Notes: generated from the letters alone by a model not told the origin. 64,000 bases of DNA from Candidatus Eiseniibacteriota bacterium (GCA_963792585.1 CAWBWI010000001.1:256001-320000); one strand, 5' to 3'; shown: positions 21,379-31,549, numbered from the stretch's first letter. A program made the numbers and translations.

Positions 21379-21562
21379 TGGAAACGACTATAGACCATGC
21401 ACCCGTCATTCGTCCGTCGGTTCCCTGTCGCCCGCCGCGGTCCGGAACGGGGTGCTCCGTGAACGGTGGTCCTTGACCGCCTGACACGAATGAATCGTTT
21501 CTTCCACGTCAGATAGGGTTCGCCATGTGGGGTCGAAGAACGCCCTGCATAGGAGAACGACC

Positions 21563-21799
21563 ATGACGACAGATCAACAGCTTCTAAGACCGGCCGATCT
21601 TGCTCCGCGATTGGGAGTATCCGTGAGCCGCGTCTACCAATTGATTTCCGCTGGCGTGTTGCCCCACGTGCGTGTCGCGGGCGCCATTCGAATCCCGCTG
21701 GTCGCGTGGGAACGGTGGCTCGCCAAGCAAGGAGATCGCGCGCTGCTGGCCGCCGAAGGCCGGCAAGGCCCGATGCAGGTGGAGGACAGCGAATCATGA
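21563..21799 (+). CDS. Excisionase-like HTH DNA-binding protein
   Basis: LLRPADLAPRLGVSVSRVYQLISAGVLPHVRVAGAIRIP; AGGAG RBS. Confidence 0.85.
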   Translation: MTTDQQLLRPADLAPRLGVSVSRVYQLISAGVLPHVRVAGAIRIPLVAWERWLAKQGDRALLAAEGRQGPMQVEDSES

Positions 21800-24700
21800 G
21801 TGTCCCCCGGGTCGTCGCGGATCCGAGTAGTCCGCGCGCGCGAAAGGGCAAGGGCAAGGGCAAGACGAAACGTCAACGGAAACGCCGGACTGCATCCGCA
21901 GCGGTTGCGGAAGGACGTGCGGACGCCGCAAACGATGTCCGGCCGGATGATGTTGCGGGAGCACAAGGCATCCCATCTGGGGACCAAGCGGTGAACCCTC
22001 CGGATGCACCGAATGCGGGCACAGCCGCGGACAGTGGAACTGCCCAGGAAGCAGTCAGCGCACAGGTCCTTCTGACCAATCACCAAAAGCTCATCGACGA
22101 TTCCGCGATCTCCCCCGAGGTAGCCGCAGAGCGAGGGTATCGATCGGTCACCTCGCGTGCCGAGCTTGGGCGGCTCGGCTTCGGAGACAAGCAGTGCCGT
22201 GTTCCAGCGCTGCTCCTGCCGATCTACGGCGTCAACGGAGAGATCGTCTTGTACCAGGCCAGGCCCGATATGCCTCGGGTCATGGATCGTGGGAAGGCCA
22301 TCAAGTACGAAACGCCACGTGGATCTCGGATGGTTCTTGATGTGCCGCCGAGGGTTCGCCCCATGCTCGCAGATCCAAAGCAACCGCTGTTCGTAACAGA
22401 GGGGATTCGGAAGGCCGATTCCGCGGCAAGCATCGGATTGGCCTGTGTTGCGCTGCTTGGAGTCTGGAACTGGCGGGGCACGAACGATGCGGGCGGAAAG
22501 GTGGCCCTGCCGGACTGGGAGTCGATAGCGCTCAATGATCGGGATGTGTACATCGTGTTCGACTCGGATGCGGTGACAAAACCAGAGGTCCAGTCGGCGC
22601 TCCGTCGCTTTGCACGATTTCTGATGAATCGCCAAGCCAAGGTCAAGATCGTGAGTCTGCCGTCTGAGCCAAACGGGACAAAGGTTGGCCTCGATGATTA
22701 CCTCGCTGCCGGCCATGGGATCGACGACCTCGTGCAGCACGCGAAGCTGGAACCCATCGGCAAGGAGACACGGGAAGATGCGGATTCTCTCTACGAGGAG
22801 TCCGAAGGCGGCCTGGTGTGGAACCGAATGACGTCAAATGGGCCGGTCTCCGTCAGGCTGACGAACTTCACGGCCAAGATTCTTGCGGATATCGGGCGAG
22901 ACGACGGGGTGGAGACGACTCGCATGTTTGAGGTTGAGGCGCGTCGTGGACCCCGAGTAACTCGATTCAGCGTGCCCGCCAGCCGCTTCTCGGCGATGAA
23001 CTGGCCAACGGAGCATCTGGGGGCAGAGGCTGTGATTTTCCCCGGCCAGAGTCTGCGAGACCACACCCGAGTCGCGATCCAGATCCTTTCGGGAGATGTC
23101 CCTCGGCGCACGGTCTTCACACACACCGGTTGGCGGACCGTTGACGATCGGCTCGTCTACCTCCACGGTGGAGGGGCAATTGGGCAAAATGGGCAAGTCC
23201 CTGGGGTAGAGGTCGAGCTTCCGGCATCGCTGCGGGGGATGGTCCTGCCTGACTCACCGGTTGGAGAAGGGCTCAAGGCGGCAGTGGTTGCTTCGTTGGA
23301 TCTCCTGCAGCTTGCTCCTGATCGCATATCCGTTCCCCTCATGGCGGCGACCTACCGAAGCGTTCTAGGCGGGACCGATTCGTCGCTCCATCTTTCCGGA
23401 CCGACGGGGGCCGGGAAGTCGGAGTTCGCTGCGCGGTGCATGCAGCACTTCGGGGCCGGGTTCAACCGAACGACCTTGCCGGGCTCATGGTCGTCGACGG
23501 GGAACTCCCTTGAAGTGTTGGCCTTCCTCGCGAAGGACGCGCTCTTGGTCGTTGACGACTTTTGCCCGACCGGCTCATCGACAGACGTCCAACGGACGCA
23601 CCGGGAAGCGGACCGCCTGCTCCGCGCCCAAGGCAACAACTCTGGCCGAGGTCGGCTCTCCTCGGACGGGACCCTCCGGGGCTCGCGGCCACCCCGAGGG
23701 ACGATAATCAGTACCGGGGAGGATGTTCCTCGGGGGCAGTCCCTGCGAGCACGCATGCTAATGATCGGAGTCGGTCCCAACGACATCGACTTCGATGTGC
23801 TGACGGGGGCGCAGAAGGCCGGCGAGAAAGGCATCTATGCTGCTGCGATGGCTGGCTACCTGAAGTGGCTAGCACCACGCTACGAGGCGATCCGGCGGTC
23901 CATGCCGGATGAGATCAATGCGATCCGTGCCGCAGCCTCCGTGAACGGCCAGCATCGCCGTGTGCCGAGTATTGTCGCCGACCTGTATTTCGGATTTCGC
24001 ACATTTGTGACGTTCGCTGTGGAAGTCGGCGCAATCTCAACCACGGTGGAGGATGCGCTTCTTGATCGGGCCTGGACTGCGTTTCTCGAAGTCGCACACG
24101 AACAGGCCGAGCACCAAGCCTCCGCAGAACCAACTGCCCGGTTCCTTGAGCTACTCCGGTCAGCGCTGGCAGCGGGCGCCGCCCACGTGGCGAGCTTCGA
24201 CGGTGCAGCGCCAGAGGATCCAGGGGCATGGGGCTGGCGGGAGCGCACCGTTGGCGCGGGGGCCAACGAGCGAGCAGAGTGGCACGCCCAAGGTCGGCGA
24301 GTCGGCTGGATCGACGATGTGGGTGTCTACCTCGACCGCGACTCCGCGTACCAGGCATGTCAAGCCGCGGCCGGTGGGGGAGAGGGATTGCCGATCTCGA
24401 TGGCTACCCTTACCAAGCGACTCCATGAACGAGGGCTGCTCGCGTCGACAGACGGGACACGGAAATCGCTCCTCGTCCGCCGCGTCATTGAGAATTCTCG
24501 GAGGAACGTCCTCCACATCGCCCGAGAGGCTGTCTACCCCTCTCACGAGTTGCCCAACTTGCCCACGACGATGGAAGCCCCCGCAAATGCTGAAGATGCG
24601 ACGGGCAACTCGTGTGGCGAGGGTCGCCCACCCGCCCACGGACTTGCCCAGGAACTTGCCCACGCTCGGCCCGCCGTGGGCAACTCGGTGGGCAATGGGG

Positions 24701-24924
24701 CAAATGGGGGCTCACGACTTGCCCAGAGCAACTGCCTGCCGAATCAGGAGTTGGAACCGGCTGGGCAAATTGGGCAAGAGGCACAACGGGGGGACGCGCC
24801 CGCTGAGAGTGGTGGGGGCAGGTCCGGATTGTCTTCAAAGGAATGCGTGAATCGAGATCTCGGATTGGAAGGGGGCAAAGCGCCAGCGCAGAGGTGGAAA
24901 GGCCAGGATGAACACTTCGACTAG
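21796..24924 (+). CDS. Primase-helicase: DUF3854-like Toprim domain plus DUF927-like P-loop ATPase
   Basis: FVTEGIRKAD, LLGVWNW, IVFDSD, KVGLDDYL; Walker A GPTGAGKS and Walker B LLVVDDF. Confidence 0.85.
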   Translation: MSVPRVVADPSSPRARKGKGKGKTKRQRKRRTASAAVAEGRADAANDVRPDDVAGAQGIPSGDQAVNPPDAPNAGTAADSGTAQEAVSAQVLLTNHQKLIDDSAISPEVAAERGYRSVTSRAELGRLGFGDKQCRVPALLLPIYGVNGEIVLYQARPDMPRVMDRGKAIKYETPRGSRMVLDVPPRVRPMLADPKQPLFVTEGIRKADSAASIGLACVALLGVWNWRGTNDAGGKVALPDWESIALNDRDVYIVFDSDAVTKPEVQSALRRFARFLMNRQAKVKIVSLPSEPNGTKVGLDDYLAAGHGIDDLVQHAKLEPIGKETREDADSLYEESEGGLVWNRMTSNGPVSVRLTNFTAKILADIGRDDGVETTRMFEVEARRGPRVTRFSVPASRFSAMNWPTEHLGAEAVIFPGQSLRDHTRVAIQILSGDVPRRTVFTHTGWRTVDDRLVYLHGGGAIGQNGQVPGVEVELPASLRGMVLPDSPVGEGLKAAVVASLDLLQLAPDRISVPLMAATYRSVLGGTDSSLHLSGPTGAGKSEFAARCMQHFGAGFNRTTLPGSWSSTGNSLEVLAFLAKDALLVVDDFCPTGSSTDVQRTHREADRLLRAQGNNSGRGRLSSDGTLRGSRPPRGTIISTGEDVPRGQSLRARMLMIGVGPNDIDFDVLTGAQKAGEKGIYAAAMAGYLKWLAPRYEAIRRSMPDEINAIRAAASVNGQHRRVPSIVADLYFGFRTFVTFAVEVGAISTTVEDALLDRAWTAFLEVAHEQAEHQASAEPTARFLELLRSALAAGAAHVASFDGAAPEDPGAWGWRERTVGAGANERAEWHAQGRRVGWIDDVGVYLDRDSAYQACQAAAGGGEGLPISMATLTKRLHERGLLASTDGTRKSLLVRRVIENSRRNVLHIAREAVYPSHELPNLPTTMEAPANAEDATGNSCGEGRPPAHGLAQELAHARPAVGNSVGNGANGGSRLAQSNCLPNQELEPAGQIGQEAQRGDAPAESGGGRSGLSSKECVNRDLGLEGGKAPAQRWKGQDEHFD
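24549..24778. repeat. Iteron-like array TTGCCCA/TGGGCAA (candidate replication origin)
   Basis: TTGCCCA at 24550, 24559, 24644, 24656, 24719; TGGGCAA at 24677, 24689, 24762, 24771; several near-matches. Confidence 0.8.
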
Positions 24925-25039
24925 GGACAATCCGATCTCGGCCGGCCGGACGTGTGCGGCGATGGCTGAGGCTGCGGTGGGACACGCGACAACCCCAGGC
25001 GATCGCTCGCCGGGGCTGTCCGTGCCTTCGTGGCGTGAT

Positions 25040-25462
25040 CTACTTCCGGCTAGCCTGCACCCCGTCGACGATCTCCTGGATGGCCTTCATGTCCCCACGG
25101 GCTCCCGCGAGGACGATGGCCTTCACGAACTTCGATGCCTTGGCGGACCCGGTGGCCTCGTGCAGCTCCAGGCGTTCAGACCTCAACAAGCGGAATGCGA
25201 ATACAACCGTGTCCTGCGAGTCGTCCGGCTGCGTCGGGGCGGCGCTGGTCGTCGCGCGCTTGGTCGGCTTGGCAGGGGCCTTCGCAGTCTCGGGCGTCGC
25301 TTCGTCGCCGACGATCACCGCCGTGGGCTTCTCCTTCGGCGCTCCGGTCACCGGCGTCGGTCTGGGCTTGGCGATGGTGTGGATCCGACCGCCCTGCGGT
25401 TCCTCGTGGCTCTGGCCACCCTTCTTCTTGTCGGCGGCCTTCTCAGTCTTCTTCGTGCTCAT
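25040..25462 (-). CDS. Hypothetical protein, C-terminal RHH-like segment
   Basis: Low-complexity N-terminus, then VVFAFRLLRSERLELH...ASKFVKAIV; AGGAG RBS. Confidence 0.6.
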   Translation of the reverse strand: MSTKKTEKAADKKKGGQSHEEPQGGRIHTIAKPRPTPVTGAPKEKPTAVIVGDEATPETAKAPAKPTKRATTSAAPTQPDDSQDTVVFAFRLLRSERLELHEATGSAKASKFVKAIVLAGARGDMKAIQEIVDGVQASRK

Positions 25463-25498
25463 GGCGTCTCCTTCTGGCCCGGGTCTCTGCCCGGCCGG

Positions 25499-25867
25499 TT
25501 AGGGGTTCAGGGAACAGATCAACGCATCGACGGGCCCCGCGTAGGGGTCGTCCTTCCTCTTGCATGTGGTCTGGAGCACCCTCTTCAAGGCAGTGAACTT
25601 CGCGGCGTGCTCGGCGACGTCCCGGATCAAGCTCGTGCTCATGATCGTGTCGTAGACGCTCGGCATCCCGTGGGTCTCGTTCTTTCGGACCTCGTCGGCG
25701 AGGTTCCTGGCGAGCCACTCGAGCTTCTCGGTGTAGGCCTCGTACTGCGCGATCGCATCGGCCAGGACCCACGTGCGTGCGTCGTCGCGGGCCTCGGGAT
25801 GGGTGCGCAGCAGCTCACTGACCTGCTCGCGGGTGATCACGACCTTCTGAATCGTCGTCTCGTTCAT
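25499..25867 (-). CDS. Hypothetical phage-like small protein
   Basis: GAGGAGG RBS; part of a tight run of minus-strand ORFs. Confidence 0.65.
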   Translation of the reverse strand: MNETTIQKVVITREQVSELLRTHPEARDDARTWVLADAIAQYEAYTEKLEWLARNLADEVRKNETHGMPSVYDTIMSTSLIRDVAEHAAKFTALKRVLQTTCKRKDDPYAGPVDALICSLNP

Positions 25868-25879
25868 CGTCGCCCTCCT

Positions 25880-26110
25880 CTACAGCCCGTACGACGCGGC
25901 CACGCGGGCCACGACCTCGGGTTTGCATCCACGGATCTCTTCGACGGCGTCCATCGTGAGGCGTGTGAACCGCCGGCGATCCAGCCCGTCCAGCGTCCCC
26001 ACGTAGACACGCATGAACGCTTCGATGTGGCGGGGCTCGATTCCGGTGATCCCCTTGCGATCAAGGATCCCGCGGATCGTCTCTTGGTAGGTTGGGATGG
26101 GATTCATCAT
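25880..26110 (-). CDS. Hypothetical small protein
   Basis: GGAGGAG RBS; 76 aa. Confidence 0.6.
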   Translation of the reverse strand: MMNPIPTYQETIRGILDRKGITGIEPRHIEAFMRVYVGTLDGLDRRRFTRLTMDAVEEIRGCKPEVVARVAASYGL

Positions 26111-26119
26111 CTCCTCCGG

Positions 26120-26353
26120 TTACCGACTCTGGTTCGAGAGGAACGTGATCGTGGCCGCGAGCCCACCCTCGCCGTTGTCGCAGGTGATCAACTCATCGAT
26201 CGCGACGGCGTAGCGAAGGAAGTCGCCCTTACCCTGCGCCCAGGTCGAGGCGTCTGCGGCCTCCCTCAAGAGCGCGGCGGCCTTCACCAGCATCATGGAT
26301 GCCCGGTAGGCCTTGCGGATCGCCCTCGGGTCGGTGGTGGCGTTCTGGTTCAT
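26120..26353 (-). CDS. Hypothetical small protein
   Basis: ATG 26353 with AGGAG/GAGG upstream; helical 77-aa product. Confidence 0.6.
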   Translation of the reverse strand: MNQNATTDPRAIRKAYRASMMLVKAAALLREAADASTWAQGKGDFLRYAVAIDELITCDNGEGGLAATITFLSNQSR

Positions 26354-26459
26354 CCTCGTTCTCCTGTTCACGGGTGCGTGATCGCCCCCGCAATGCAATA
26401 CACGCGCTGCTTGCGCGGGAACATCCAGCGGAAGTTGCAGAGAAAGGTGGGGAATGCTG

Positions 26460-27573
26460 ATGGCACGCACGAGGTCGCGCAAGCTGGCGCTGTGGTCCGC
26501 GCTTCCTCCGTACCTGGGTGGGAAACGTCGCCTGTGCTCCGCTGATCTTCCGCGAGGTGGACCGGATCCTGCCAAGGGCGCGATGGCGTGGCATGACGTT
26601 CCTGGACGGGTTCCTGGGCGGTGGGTCCGTCTCCCTCTACGCGAAGGCCCAGGGCTTCCGCGTGATAGCCACAGATATCGCCGAGCGATCGATCGTAGTC
26701 GGGCAGGCCCTGATCGAGAACAGCCGCGTGCGCCTGACGCGCGAGGATGTGCTCCGAATCGCAGCACCTAGTGACGACCCGCCTGGCCGGATCGAACGGG
26801 ATTACGCACCCAACACGTTCACGGGCGCACAGGCGCGTCTTCTCGACCGGGCCCTAGCCTTGGCCGCAGAGACACCCGATCCCGCCAAGGCGGCGCTCTT
26901 CCGCCTCCTCGCGATCCGCGTGGCGCTGCTCGCGCATCCGATGTCGCAGGTTCGCGCCGGCACGATCCACCGCCTGTCGACGGGGGAGTACGAGTCGATC
27001 ACCGAGTCGTGCCTCTACCACTACGTGGATGGGATGCGTCTCACGCGGCCTGAGAAGCTCTGGGAGCTTGCGTGGCAGATCAACGCGGGAGTCTTCGAGG
27101 GCAAGGCCACCGTGATCAAGGCGAGCGTGCTTGATCGACTGCCCGAGATCGAGGCCGACGTCGCGTACTTCGATCCGCCGTACCCGGGCGTCATGTCCTA
27201 CGAGAAGGAATACAAGGTCATCGACGAGATCCTGGAAGGGCAGTCGCGGCCCACGAGCCCGTTCACCGCCCGGGATGGAGCCGAGATGCTGGACACCCTC
27301 TTCGAGCGCGCGCAGCACATCCCGGTGTGGCTGCTCTCGCTGGGCAACGCGGTGGTGGGGATCGACGACCTGGAAGCCAAGATGACCCGCTTCGGTCGGC
27401 AGACCCGAGCGATCGAGATCAAGTACAAGCACCTGCCTGCAGTCGCGACGGCGGAGAAGAACCGAGACGAACCGGGAGTTCCTGGTCGTGGGGTGGGACG
27501 CGCGAACGGTCTGTCGAATCACGATGCCGCGAGTTCTGAGGCGGCGGCGATAGGAGGGACGACGCATGAATGA
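26460..27573 (+). CDS. Dam/D12-class N6-adenine DNA methyltransferase (indel near 26535; 3' end uncertain)
   Basis: PYLGGKRRL, FLDGFLGGGSV, AYFDPPY. Confidence 0.85.
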
Positions 27574-27618
27574 CGAGACGAGGACCCTGCCCGCGAGAGA
27601 AGCAGCATCGGCGCCTGC

Positions 27619-28263
27619 ATGATGCCGCTCGATGATCTGATCCCGCATCCGTTGAACGCGAATGTGATGTCCGAGGATCTGCGTGAGAAGCTTCGCGTCA
27701 ACATCCAGCGCACAGGGCGGTACCCGTTCATCGTCGTTCGGCCGCATCCCAAGGAGCCGGGGAAGTTCGAGATCCTGGATGGGCACCACCGGGTCTCGGT
27801 GCTGCGGGACCTCGGACATACGGAAGCGCGCTGCGACGTCTGGGATCTATCGGACCGGGAGGCGAAGTTGCTCCTCGCCACGCTGAACCGCCTCGAGGGC
27901 CAGGACCAGCCCATCCGCCGTGCGCAGTTGCTCCACGAACTCCTCGGTGAGATGAGCCTCGATGACCTGGCTGGCCTCCTGCCCGAGACCGATCGCCAGC
28001 TCGAGGAACTGCACGCGCTCCTGGAGTTCCCAGCAGAGGAGATCGCGGCCCTCCTCGATGAGGCAGCCGAGCAGGAGGAGAAGGTGCTGCCTCGCGTCAT
28101 GTCCTTCGTCGTCACTCCCGAGCAGGAGGAGTTGATCGAGCAGGCGGTGGAACTGGCAAGCGACGGTACCGCCGGTCGCGACCGCAAGGCTCGCGGTCTC
28201 GCCAACCTCGCCCAGCACTACATGGAGGATCGAGATGAGACGATCGCTCGCCAAGACGCGTGA
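27619..28263 (+). CDS. ParB/Srx N-terminal domain protein
   Basis: LIPHPLNANVM, PFIVVRP, FEILDGHHR, LNRLEG. Confidence 0.85.
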   Translation: MMPLDDLIPHPLNANVMSEDLREKLRVNIQRTGRYPFIVVRPHPKEPGKFEILDGHHRVSVLRDLGHTEARCDVWDLSDREAKLLLATLNRLEGQDQPIRRAQLLHELLGEMSLDDLAGLLPETDRQLEELHALLEFPAEEIAALLDEAAEQEEKVLPRVMSFVVTPEQEELIEQAVELASDGTAGRDRKARGLANLAQHYMEDRDETIARQDA

Positions 28264-28808
28264 GGAGGCTCGCCGGCTCTATCTGACGAGCGAGCTGCAG
28301 ACCAACGCCGAGATCGCCAAGCGCCTGGGGGTGAAGCCCCATACCGTGGGCCGCTGGCGAAGCGATGAGGACTGGGATTCCCTGCGCTTGAAGATCGATC
28401 ACAACGCCTCCGAGATGTTCGCCGAGAAGATCGCCACGGATCGGGTCACGCTGAACGTCCGTCACTACCGGATGTGGGAGCTGCTCGTCGCGAAGCTGGC
28501 GGATGAGTTGAAGGCCAAGCAGGGGATCCCCATCCGGGAGCTGGAGACGGATCTCAGGCATCCTCGACCGAGCACAGAAGGGTCAGCGCCTGGCCAAGGG
28601 GCTCTCGATCAACGGGGAGACAGAGGAAGCCATCCGGGCGCAGCTGGAGTCGGAGAAGCGCCATCTGATCGACGTGTTCATTGATGTGATCAAGGAGAAC
28701 GTGGATGACGAGGAATCTCGGGAGCGCATTCGGCAGGCGATCCTCCGAGCCCTACCTGCGGAGGAGGACGCGGGAGCTGGCGAGCCCGACCCGGCGCTCG
28801 TTCACTGA
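28235..28808 (+). CDS. Terminase small subunit-like HTH protein (indel near 28550)
   Basis: EARRLYL...AEIAKRLGVKPHTVGRWRSDEDWD, continuing in a shifted frame as ILDRAQKGQRLA...ALVH*; directly upstream of TerL. Confidence 0.65.
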
Positions 28809-30388
28809 CCCCCTGGCGCAATGGGCGCTCCGCAAGATCCGCCTGGACGGCGTCCCCTTCTCCTTCAAGGGACACGAGTACCTGAGGGCGATCTACGACG
28901 ACACCTCGCCGCATGTGGTGCTCTCCAAGGCCGCCCAGATCGGGGGGACCACCTGGGCGATCCTCCGGAGCATCCATGCCTGCCTGCACGGGACTGGACG
29001 TCATCTACTTCTTCCCGACCCGGACGGATGTGCTCGAGTTCTCGAAGTCCCGCGTGGGCCCCATGCTGGCTGAGAATCCGTTCCTCCACCGGCTCATGAC
29101 GGATACGGACACGGCGGGTCTGAAGCGGATCGGGGATTCCTATCTCTACCTCCGGGGGATGCAGTCCAGCGTGGGGATGAAGTCCGTGCCGGCCGACATG
29201 GTCGTCTTCGATGAGCTGGACGAGACCTCTCCCGCGGCCAAGGCCATGGCGAAGGAGCGCCTGGCGCACTCGGAGTACAAGCGGGTGATCGAGCTATCCA
29301 ACCCCTCCTTGCCCGATTACGGGATCGACGAGCAGTACCAGAAGTCGGACCAGCGGCACTGGACCTTGCGCTGCCCCAATTGTGCCCATTGGACAGCCCT
29401 TGATAAGGAGTTCCCCGTCAAGTTGGGCGAGGAGGTCCGCATCATCCAGCCACGGAGCGACGGGACGTTCTACAGGGCCTGTCCCGAGTGCGCCGCCGAA
29501 CTGGACCTCGCAGCGGGGGAGTGGGTGGCCGACTTCCCCAGCCGACCGATCCATGGCTACCGGATCTCGCAGCTCTTCTCATCCACGGTGGACCCGGGGG
29601 AGATCCTGACCGAGTACCGGACGACCCGCTTCCCCGACCGCTTCTACAACCTCAAGATCGGGATCCCGTGGGCGGACTTAGGGAGGCGTCTCGATGCTCC
29701 CGCGGTGCTCTCGCTCTGCGGCGAGACGCTGATGGCCGAGTCATTCGTCGAGCCGTGCGTCATGGGGGTCGACACGGGCCGGGACCTGCACGTGGTCATC
29801 CTGCGGGCTGGGGGAGAGGGTGAGCCACGGCGCTTGATCCACCTGGCCGTCTGCCAGGAATTCGAGGACCTGGATAGCTTGATGGCCCGCTTCCACGTCG
29901 AGCGCTGCGTGATCGATGGGCTGCCCGAGACCCACGCGACGCGGGAGTTCACGCGCCGGCACATGGGAAAGGTCTTCATGAACTTCTTCAACGAGCACCA
30001 GCGAGGCTCCCCGAACTGGGACCACGGTTCCATGATGGTCCAGGTCAACCGCACCGAGGCGCTGGACGCATCCCGTGCGGCCGTCCGGGACCGCAGGCTC
30101 GTCCTGCCCCGCGCCTCTGCGCTGGTCGAGGAGTTTGCGAGGCACATGGCCTGCGATGCGAAGGTCCTGGAAGAGGATGAGGAGACCGGGATCCAGCGCT
30201 ATCGCTACGTGCGGACGGGCGTGAACCACTTCTCGATGGCGTTCACGTACGCATGGCTGGCCGGAATCGATCGGCCGGCGGGGCGCTTCACGACCATCGA
30301 CCTGCGGCGGGTCCCGAGCGAATCCGACCTCGTGGACCACCTGACGCCGCGTCTTGCCGATCTGCTGAACGTCCGTCTAACAGGGTAG
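28705..30388 (+). CDS. Terminase large subunit, lambda GpA-like (indel near 28990; start uncertain)
   Basis: KAAQIGGT, IYFFPT, VFDELDE, SNP, SDQRHW..CPNC..CPEC, GEWVA, GYRISQL, FYN..IGIPW, MGVDTG, VIDGLP. Confidence 0.85.
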
Positions 30389-30964
30389 GAGCCGCAGGCG
30401 TTCCTTGAGTTCCTCATCAGATACATGGGTGTAGATCACGGTCGTCAGCGGGCTCGCATGGCGTGCGAAGCGCTGGGCGAGGAAGAGGTCGCGGGAGGCC
30501 CGGTAGACGTTGGTGACGGCCGTGTGGCGCAGGGTATGGAAGCAGTAGAGCCGATCGAAGCCGGCCCGTTCCTGCCACTCCCGGAACAGCACCTGGACAC
30601 GCCGCGGGGAGATCCGACGCCGGGAGAGGCCGCAGAAGAGGGGTGCATGCGGATCGAGGCTCTCCCCGTGCGTCGATCTTGTAGCACCAGAAGGCGGTGA
30701 GCTTGGGCTCCAGCGCATCGGGCAGGAACACGTCGCCCGACACGGCCTCGCTTCGCGATCTCGGGGCGGACCGCACCCGCAACTCGCGGCTGGCCGTTGG
30801 GGAAGAAGAGGTCGCCGACGACAAGACCGATCAGCTCGCCGAGCCGCAAGTCCGGTACCGAGGGCGAGTGAGAAGATGACGTGGTCGCGGGGATGGTCGG
30901 CAGTTGCACGGAGCAGGGCCTGCAGCTCGTCGGCGGTCAGGCTCTGTGGGCTCAGATGTGGCAT
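30377..30964 (-). CDS. Small tyrosine recombinase/resolvase (catalytic domain only; several indels)
   Basis: RDHVIFSLALGTGLRLGEL, K, HTLRH, RHASPLTTVIY. No N-terminal SAM-like domain and no IntI-specific insertion visible. Confidence 0.85.
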   Translation of the reverse strand: MPHLSPQSLTADELQALLRATADHPRDHVIFSLALGTGLAARRADRSCRRRPLLPQRPAASCGCGPPRDREARPCRATCSCPMRWSPSSPPSGATRSTHGESLDPHAPLFCGLSRRRISPRRVQVLFREWQERAGFDRLYCFHTLRHTAVTNVYRASRDLFLAQRFARHASPLTTVIYTHVSDEELKERLRLLPC

Positions 30965-31027
30965 GGGGCACCTCCAGTGCTCCAAGGGTCGCGCTCTCCG
31001 GCAACGAATCAAGGGAAGTTCAGCCCG

Positions 31028-31400
31028 TAATGGGCATCGATCGGCGGAGCGAGCAAGCCTCGTCGGCACGCCCCGATTTGCGGCATCGGGTCTCGGGAAC
31101 GGGGCGATTTCGCGGCATGCCCATTACAGAAGGGGGCGATTCTGCGGCATGGGGGTCTGAGAATGGGGCGAGTTATGGGCATCGGAATCGGCGAATCCCC
31201 ATGGGGCAGAGGCGTGCAGGCACAGGCGCGTGATTTCGTAACCCTTTGAACCATCGCAGGCAAGGTATGTGACGCCTGCCCATAACCGCCCCGAGGTGTG
31301 CGAATTCAGGCCTGGAAACTGCCCATATGCTGCCCCGAATGCCCCAGTTGTGCCCCAACGGCGTTCCGGACCACCCAGAACGCCGCCGTTCTGCCCATTA
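31028..31400. repeat. Non-coding array of TGCCCAT(A/T) sites upstream of the tyrosine recombinase
   Basis: Forward at 31118, 31277, 31320, 31392; inverted at 31028, 31173; plus repeated ggggcgatt..gcggcat units. Confidence 0.7.
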
Positions 31401-31549
31401 GAAGGGACGTCGTCCTTCAATGGAAAGACGACGTGATTGTATAACACGTAATGTCTATCACATCACGATGGCACAACGGAAGCATGCCTATACAATCCTG
31501 TGACAAGCAAGGGATGACGAGTCTCAACGTCCAAGCGAGTGAAGAATGG

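Larger units (their letters stand above)
17029..31460. mobile_element. Integrated phage-satellite-like / defective prophage element (ends approximate)
   Basis: Serine integrase module, xis-like HTH, primase-helicase, MTase-ParB-TerS-TerL and tyrosine recombinase in one contiguous block. Confidence 0.75.

Noticed and set aside
30377..30964. Tyrosine recombinase as the integron integrase
   Set aside because: It is only ~195 aa, lacks the N-terminal domain and the IntI-specific insertion, and lies far from any platform.
31433..31461. dif/Xer site
   Set aside because: It lacks the TTATGTTAAA XerD arm and the 11-6-11 geometry. Kept only as a generic inverted repeat.
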